From a virus (lineage: Duplodnaviria > Caudoviricetes), in IMG/VR virus record IMGVR_UViG_3300045135_003620, positions 1 through 61,953 of that record: a stretch of DNA of 61,953 bases; one strand, 5' to 3'. The notes beneath the pieces were generated by a model that saw only the letters and a list, made by a program, of their open reading frames with translations, was not told the origin of the DNA and searched no databases. The first letter of the stretch is position 1. The number at the start of each line of letters is the position of its first letter. This document shows, piece by piece, positions 56,794 through 61,953 of this stretch. Position numbers and translations under genes: made by a program.

Positions 56794-57967
56794 ATATTTG
56801 ATACGCCCTCAAAACTATTCGTAGTGAAATTACAATCGATAACCATGATAAAAAAATTGGGTTATCATTTTTTATTACATAATAAAGACAAACGAAAATT
56901 AACATAATAAGTACCCATTTATTCATTCTAATATCATGTACCAAAAAATGTATAAGTGGAAAACCTGTAAATAAGACCAACCATGTTAATATTTCTAACG
57001 AAAATTTACCGTCAACATGATATGAAATGACGGTGCTAAACAATAACCCTAACCCCCCGACAGCATACTGGATAAATTCGAATCGCCTAATGATATTTAA
57101 ATTTGCTTCTGGATTATTATGTATACTTATTTTTGAGATAAGAGAGCCACTAAGAAACTGATTGATTAAGAGTGGCAAATAATATATATACGAGTTTAAT
57201 ATCATCCCCTTGGAGAATTCTGTCGCTTGCAAGAAAGGCTGCATTTGTAAATAAAACATTAATATATTTACAAGATACCACGATGCGTCACTAGAACTAG
57301 TATTATTATTCGATACAGGTTTCAAATGCTTATGTAAATTACCAGTATTTTTAATTAAAAATACAAACAAAAAAAACATTAAACCTACTATAAATACTGA
57401 AAAAGCAAATAATTCATTTTGATTAGAATTTCGAAAGTTTTGATCAATTAAATATTGTACTGTTAAAATATTCAAAAGCCATAAAATTAAAAGACCCCAA
57501 GGCCTTATAATGAATTCAAAAATAGCCGCAATTTTTTGTGAATCCGAATACTTAAATAACTGCGACAGTTTCGTTAAGGTAATAAATGAGCTCGCGTACA
57601 GCACAATCAATAAAACATCAAATAACTGCCTAGTAGAAATAATATATGTTAGAAACAAGCTCAAGACGATGAATTTTATCTTCACCAAATTTATAGATGA
57701 TTTACCGTAGAATGAGATTATATTTGTTAAGGCGCCAGCCACGATTAAAACGATGACGTTGGAGAACCAATATACCGAGTTATAAAGCGCAGATTCTTGT
57801 CGTCCGAAAGTTATCTCGATTAAATATACAGTGATAGCTATACCTAATACAGATGCAGACTTGGAGAGCACTCGTACTATCAGTAATTTATTCAAATCGT
57901 TATGAAAAAGTTTCGAAAACAATTGATTTATACTCTTCAAAATTGGTAGACCGCGGTATATATCCAC
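56765..57967 (-). CDS. wzx: Polysaccharide flippase (Wzx-like)
   Basis: 400 aa with many TM helices, inside the polysaccharide cluster. Confidence 0.55.
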   Translation of the reverse strand: MDIYRGLPILKSINQLFSKLFHNDLNKLLIVRVLSKSASVLGIAITVYLIEITFGRQESALYNSVYWFSNVIVLIVAGALTNIISFYGKSSINLVKIKFIVLSLFLTYIISTRQLFDVLLIVLYASSFITLTKLSQLFKYSDSQKIAAIFEFIIRPWGLLILWLLNILTVQYLIDQNFRNSNQNELFAFSVFIVGLMFFLFVFLIKNTGNLHKHLKPVSNNNTSSSDASWYLVNILMFYLQMQPFLQATEFSKGMILNSYIYYLPLLINQFLSGSLISKISIHNNPEANLNIIRRFEFIQYAVGGLGLLFSTVISYHVDGKFSLEILTWLVLFTGFPLIHFLVHDIRMNKWVLIMLIFVCLYYVIKNDNPIFLSWLSIVISLRIVLRAYQIYDDFYRRIS

Positions 57968-58769
57968 GCATATCTATTAATCGTCTATCTAGGTCCTGCT
58001 CATCACCCAAGTTAACAAGCTCATCATCGTTGAAAAAAAACCTATTAATATCACTATTGTATGCTAAAACCTTTGTATTAGAAGCCGAAGCTTCTAGCAA
58101 AACCATTGGCATCATCTCGTAGTTGTTATGAGCTGTATAAATAAGAAGGTCAAAAGTAGAGTAAATCTCCTGTACATTTGTTAAAGTATCATGTATACAT
58201 ATATCCAAATTTTCTCTGGCTATCATCTCTCTTAAATCTTTTAGTCCAGGACCATTACAAACCATATGAAATGAAACTTCTAAATTTTTATTTCGTCGAA
58301 CTAGTTCTACGAAATGCTCCCAGTTTTTCCCTGGTTTGATTGAGCCAACCCAACCTATTCTGTGACACAATTCATTTGTCTTTATAGGTTTAAATGGTGG
58401 CACTGAGTTATATATTTCCTTACAATTACAAGGAAATTTAAAATCTCTACGCCCTACTGGACCGACAAAACATATAGTAACGTTGAATAATGTTGTAAAC
58501 CAAATCAATATCCTTTTTATTAGATTGTACCTAAAATGATAGAAAAAATATTTTTTATTCTTTGAAAAAAGCAGCTTGAAATTGATTAACATTCTTAGAG
58601 AATGCACTGCAATTTTGTCATCATTTCGAATATCTTCTTCATTTATACCCTGAGCTTTTGAGTAATATATTTTATTATCGATATTTCGAGATGTTAATAT
58701 ATCTGAAATAAGTTGAGCAACCCTCTCAGCTCCACCGTTATCTGGATTTTCAAGAATTTGAATAACCAT
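57900..58769 (-). CDS. Glycosyltransferase family 4
   Basis: GGAERV, GWVGSIKPGKN and YEMMPMVLLEA. Confidence 0.85.
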   Translation of the reverse strand: MVIQILENPDNGGAERVAQLISDILTSRNIDNKIYYSKAQGINEEDIRNDDKIAVHSLRMLINFKLLFSKNKKYFFYHFRYNLIKRILIWFTTLFNVTICFVGPVGRRDFKFPCNCKEIYNSVPPFKPIKTNELCHRIGWVGSIKPGKNWEHFVELVRRNKNLEVSFHMVCNGPGLKDLREMIARENLDICIHDTLTNVQEIYSTFDLLIYTAHNNYEMMPMVLLEASASNTKVLAYNSDINRFFFNDDELVNLGDEQDLDRRLIDMRGYIPRSTNFEEYKSIVFETFS

Positions 58770-59838
58770 AACCTTCCTTCTTGTTAAAATATATATATAT
58801 CAAAACTGGTACAAAGATCATTTTGAGACGAAATAAATTCCCGTAATTTGTTGCAAATGGTATATTTACAATTAGGTAGATAATTGCTGAATATAACGCG
58901 AACCTTGCACCATTTGAAATCACAGTGTTACGCACCATTAATTTAATAACAATATATGATATAATTAACGATTCAATTCCGTATACCATAGTGGCTAACT
59001 TTATATCTGTTAACCAGGGCCCAACAAGAACAGACCATGATTGTATAAAAATGCGCTCTATAATTGGTTTTGAAAAGAGAGCTCCACCCCCTATGTGACT
59101 TGCAGATACTTCAGCCGTTCTATCATATCTCGCCTCGATAAAGTTACTTAATCCTTCTACACTTCCAATTCCTAATAAACCAGGTATTAAGCTGAGAATA
59201 GGAATTGACATAGCTAGACCTAATGGAAGATATCGTGATAAATCAGATAGGTTCATCCGCACATTTTTAATAGAATAAGCTAACAACAGTATCGGAAAAA
59301 ACTCAGGCCTTGAAACAATTAATAAAATTGAGAATACAAAAATTAGACAAACACGCAAGTACCGATGAGTATATATATAAGACATATATATATACAATAG
59401 GCAAGTAGCCATGAACATATCACGCAGCACTGTTAATGAAAAATAAAACACAGAAGTGAAACAAAGTAATAACGAAATCGAACGCCAGCCGTTTAGCGCT
59501 AAAATACAAACTATATTTATATACAGTACAATATTTAGAACATTAAACTCATACCAACTCTCTGATACAAACGAAGCCGGTAATAATAGAGCACCATAAG
59601 CCCTAAATGTTCCAAATACATCTCTTCCCGAAGCTATTGACTCGATAAACAATTCGGCATATTTTATTTCAATTAATCCACTACTCCGCAGATAAAAACC
59701 GATAAAAAATAGAAGCGGTGAAATCGCGAAAAAAAACGAGAAAAGATAAAAGTAGTTATCGCGCCTGAAATTTCTGTAGCAGATTAAGTTGAACGAAATT
59801 ATCAATGTAAAATATATGATCGAGGAACTATATCCCAC
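58750..59838 (-). CDS. wzy: Polysaccharide polymerase (Wzy-like)
   Basis: Multi-TM protein with LRDMF and NYGNLFRLK motifs. Confidence 0.6.
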   Translation of the reverse strand: MGYSSSIIYFTLIISFNLICYRNFRRDNYFYLFSFFFAISPLLFFIGFYLRSSGLIEIKYAELFIESIASGRDVFGTFRAYGALLLPASFVSESWYEFNVLNIVLYINIVCILALNGWRSISLLLCFTSVFYFSLTVLRDMFMATCLLYIYMSYIYTHRYLRVCLIFVFSILLIVSRPEFFPILLLAYSIKNVRMNLSDLSRYLPLGLAMSIPILSLIPGLLGIGSVEGLSNFIEARYDRTAEVSASHIGGGALFSKPIIERIFIQSWSVLVGPWLTDIKLATMVYGIESLIISYIVIKLMVRNTVISNGARFALYSAIIYLIVNIPFATNYGNLFRLKMIFVPVLIYIYFNKKEGYGYSNS

Positions 59839-60916
59839 TTAAATATTTCCACTTTTCTAAGAGTTTATTCGCGTTAAAGTTTCTGTTATAGAAATCCCTA
59901 ACATCAGAACTACTAATTTTAGCTAATTTTTCAAAAGGTGATTCATTGAGCGAATCGAGTGGAGTCGTGTAAACAGGCGAATTTTCAAACATTTGAAAAT
60001 ATTTCCCTCCTCCAATTCCAGTAGTTACTACTGGAATTCCATATTGCAATGCTTCTAATATTATTAGATCAAAATAACTCACCCTATTCGGAACACATAA
60101 TATATCGATTTTATCAAAAAATCTTTTTATATCTGATTCCCATCCTAAATAATCAAGATTATCCGAATCTAAAGTTTCCAGTACTCCACCACCTACTGAC
60201 TTAAACGATAAATTATGTTTATTTTTTGCTAGCTCAACAAATATGTCATAACCCTTGTCCTTATTCATACGGCCAGCATATCCAATCACAATCTTTTCTG
60301 ATTTTTTACCGTCACTTTTTGTCTCATTATCAATATTTATGATCGACGCAATTTCGCAAATTTGCTTATTTTCAAACGAGTATTCATAAGCATGAAGACT
60401 ATCTTTACATGGCGCAACTATAAAATCTGACCTTTCATAGGACTTATATTCATATTTTTTCAGCATTGCCAATAAAATTGGCATTTTTGTGCCATAATAT
60501 GACTCATAATTTGCGACTATCTCTTTATACAATGGCAATGGAGAGTGACACATTAATCCAATTTTTTTATTATTCCTTATTAAAGATGCATATTTTATAA
60601 AATTAAACTGACCATGAATAACATATACATCAGCTTCTGGGATTTTGTGGCTTCCTGTACGTATGTACTTTTTCCACAAGTTTATAAATAAGATTACCTG
60701 AAATATAAATCCTGTTTTATGTAACAAATAACGTTTTGCATATGCGTGAAATTTTCTATTATGTAGCCCAGGTTTTGGCGTTGATTGACGTTCTTTTTCA
60801 GACCAAAATGCAATATTTTTTTCATTTAGATTTTTACACACATTTCGCAAATTATAGCAATAACCCCGAGGCCCCCCACCTGGACCCATTTCGTTAACAA
60901 TATGCAACACCTTCAT
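59828..60916 (-). CDS. Glycosyltransferase family 4
   Basis: GYAGRMNKDKGYD and FDLIILEALQYGIPVV. Confidence 0.87.
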   Translation of the reverse strand: MKVLHIVNEMGPGGGPRGYCYNLRNVCKNLNEKNIAFWSEKERQSTPKPGLHNRKFHAYAKRYLLHKTGFIFQVILFINLWKKYIRTGSHKIPEADVYVIHGQFNFIKYASLIRNNKKIGLMCHSPLPLYKEIVANYESYYGTKMPILLAMLKKYEYKSYERSDFIVAPCKDSLHAYEYSFENKQICEIASIINIDNETKSDGKKSEKIVIGYAGRMNKDKGYDIFVELAKNKHNLSFKSVGGGVLETLDSDNLDYLGWESDIKRFFDKIDILCVPNRVSYFDLIILEALQYGIPVVTTGIGGGKYFQMFENSPVYTTPLDSLNESPFEKLAKISSSDVRDFYNRNFNANKLLEKWKYLSGI

Positions 60917-61953
60917 TACAATTCCTCGGCAAATTTTTTGGAAACACTTAATGCATTTGAGACTGCTTGATGCATATCAATATATGCGTAGAGTCCGCAT
61001 CGACCTATAAATGTACATTTGTTATTTGGAATTTCTGCGTATTTTTTATATTTTTCTCGATTTATTCCTGAAATATCCTTTACAGGATAATACCTCTCAA
61101 AATTATTATCTTCGTACGGAACAGGCTTTTCAAAGGTTAATATCGTTTCGTATGTATTTTCTCCATGCCCAGGATACCTTTTCCACTCAGTAACTCGTGT
61201 ATACGGCCCATCATTTGTCAAATTGGTAGTAGGTACCTGCATCGCATAAGGTACAGGTAGGGTTATGTTTTCAAACTTTATCGAACGATACGGAAGCTTG
61301 CCATATATGAAATCGTAGTATTCATCTATCGGCATTGAGTTGAATACATGATCATAGAGACGTTCATCGTTTTCACGATTGAACGACTTCTCTAAGGTCA
61401 CTGTGATATTGCAATGATCGAGAATATTTTCAAACATTTTCGTGTATCCGTCTTTCGGCATAGCTTGAAACGCATCGTTAGGAAAGTAATATTCGTTATC
61501 ATCGTCACGTATTGGTACTCGATTTATTATACTTTTATCTAATTCCTCCAACTCAACCCCCCACATTTTCTTTGTGTATGGTCGGTAAAATATGTCGACT
61601 ATATTTTCTATGCCAACCATTTTCGCGGTTTCATTGTTAGGGGGTATTGTTGCTAATCGACCATCACATAACATACCTTTAACTCTATGTTTGTACGGCA
61701 CCCATTCTGTAAACCTAGAAAGCCAATCAACTACTTTCATGTTACTTGTGTGAAAGATGTGTGGTCCGTATTTGTGTACACGAATACCATTCTCCGATAT
61801 ATAATCAAAACAGTTCCCTGCTATATGGTTTCGCTTATCAATTACAGTAACTTTATAGTTGTACTCTGCAAGCACTCGTGCAACAACTGCACCGCTTATT
61901 CCAGCACCAACTACCAATATAGATAACGACCTGTTTTTCATTTCTATGCTCAT
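60916..61953 (-). CDS. glf: UDP-galactopyranose mutase
   Basis: VVGAGISG, HIAGNC.D, HKYGPHIFHT, LPYRS, ERYYPV and GRCGLYAYIDM; begins at the window edge. Confidence 0.95.
   Translation of the reverse strand: MSIEMKNRSLSILVVGAGISGAVVARVLAEYNYKVTVIDKRNHIAGNCFDYISENGIRVHKYGPHIFHTSNMKVVDWLSRFTEWVPYKHRVKGMLCDGRLATIPPNNETAKMVGIENIVDIFYRPYTKKMWGVELEELDKSIINRVPIRDDDNEYYFPNDAFQAMPKDGYTKMFENILDHCNITVTLEKSFNRENDERLYDHVFNSMPIDEYYDFIYGKLPYRSIKFENITLPVPYAMQVPTTNLTNDGPYTRVTEWKRYPGHGENTYETILTFEKPVPYEDNNFERYYPVKDISGINREKYKKYAEIPNNKCTFIGRCGLYAYIDMHQAVSNALSVSKKFAEEL

Overview
Most of the window (~1.78-50.72 kb) is an apparently intact lambda-head, non-contractile-tail (siphovirus-like) prophage. It carries a large serine recombinase/DUF2924 integration module, an XRE-HTH plus ImmA/IrrE metallopeptidase switch, a replication module (AAA ATPase, SSB-like protein, SF2 helicase, PD-(D/E)XK nuclease, primase-helicase, RuvC-like resolvase) and a lambda-type cos site. 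These are followed by a ParB-methyltransferase, GpA terminase, gpW/portal/gpC/gpD/gpE head genes, a tail operon with a -1 frameshift chaperone and a mosaic receptor-binding region. Accessory genes are two type II toxin-antitoxin pairs (PrlF-YhaV; ParD-like/RelE) and a NYN/PIN ribonuclease preceded by a promoter, a structured ~75-nt RNA and a terminator, which is the best candidate here for an undescribed RNA-antitoxin or defence system. Left of the prophage is a membrane-anchored LPO_1073/Vpar_1526-like gene packaged like an integron cassette with a degenerate attC. Right of it are gnu-like and galE epimerases and an AT-rich Wzx/Wzy polysaccharide cluster with glf, three glycosyltransferases, three sulfotransferase-like genes and a deacetylase-like gene. 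All family assignments come from recognising motifs by eye; no searches were run.
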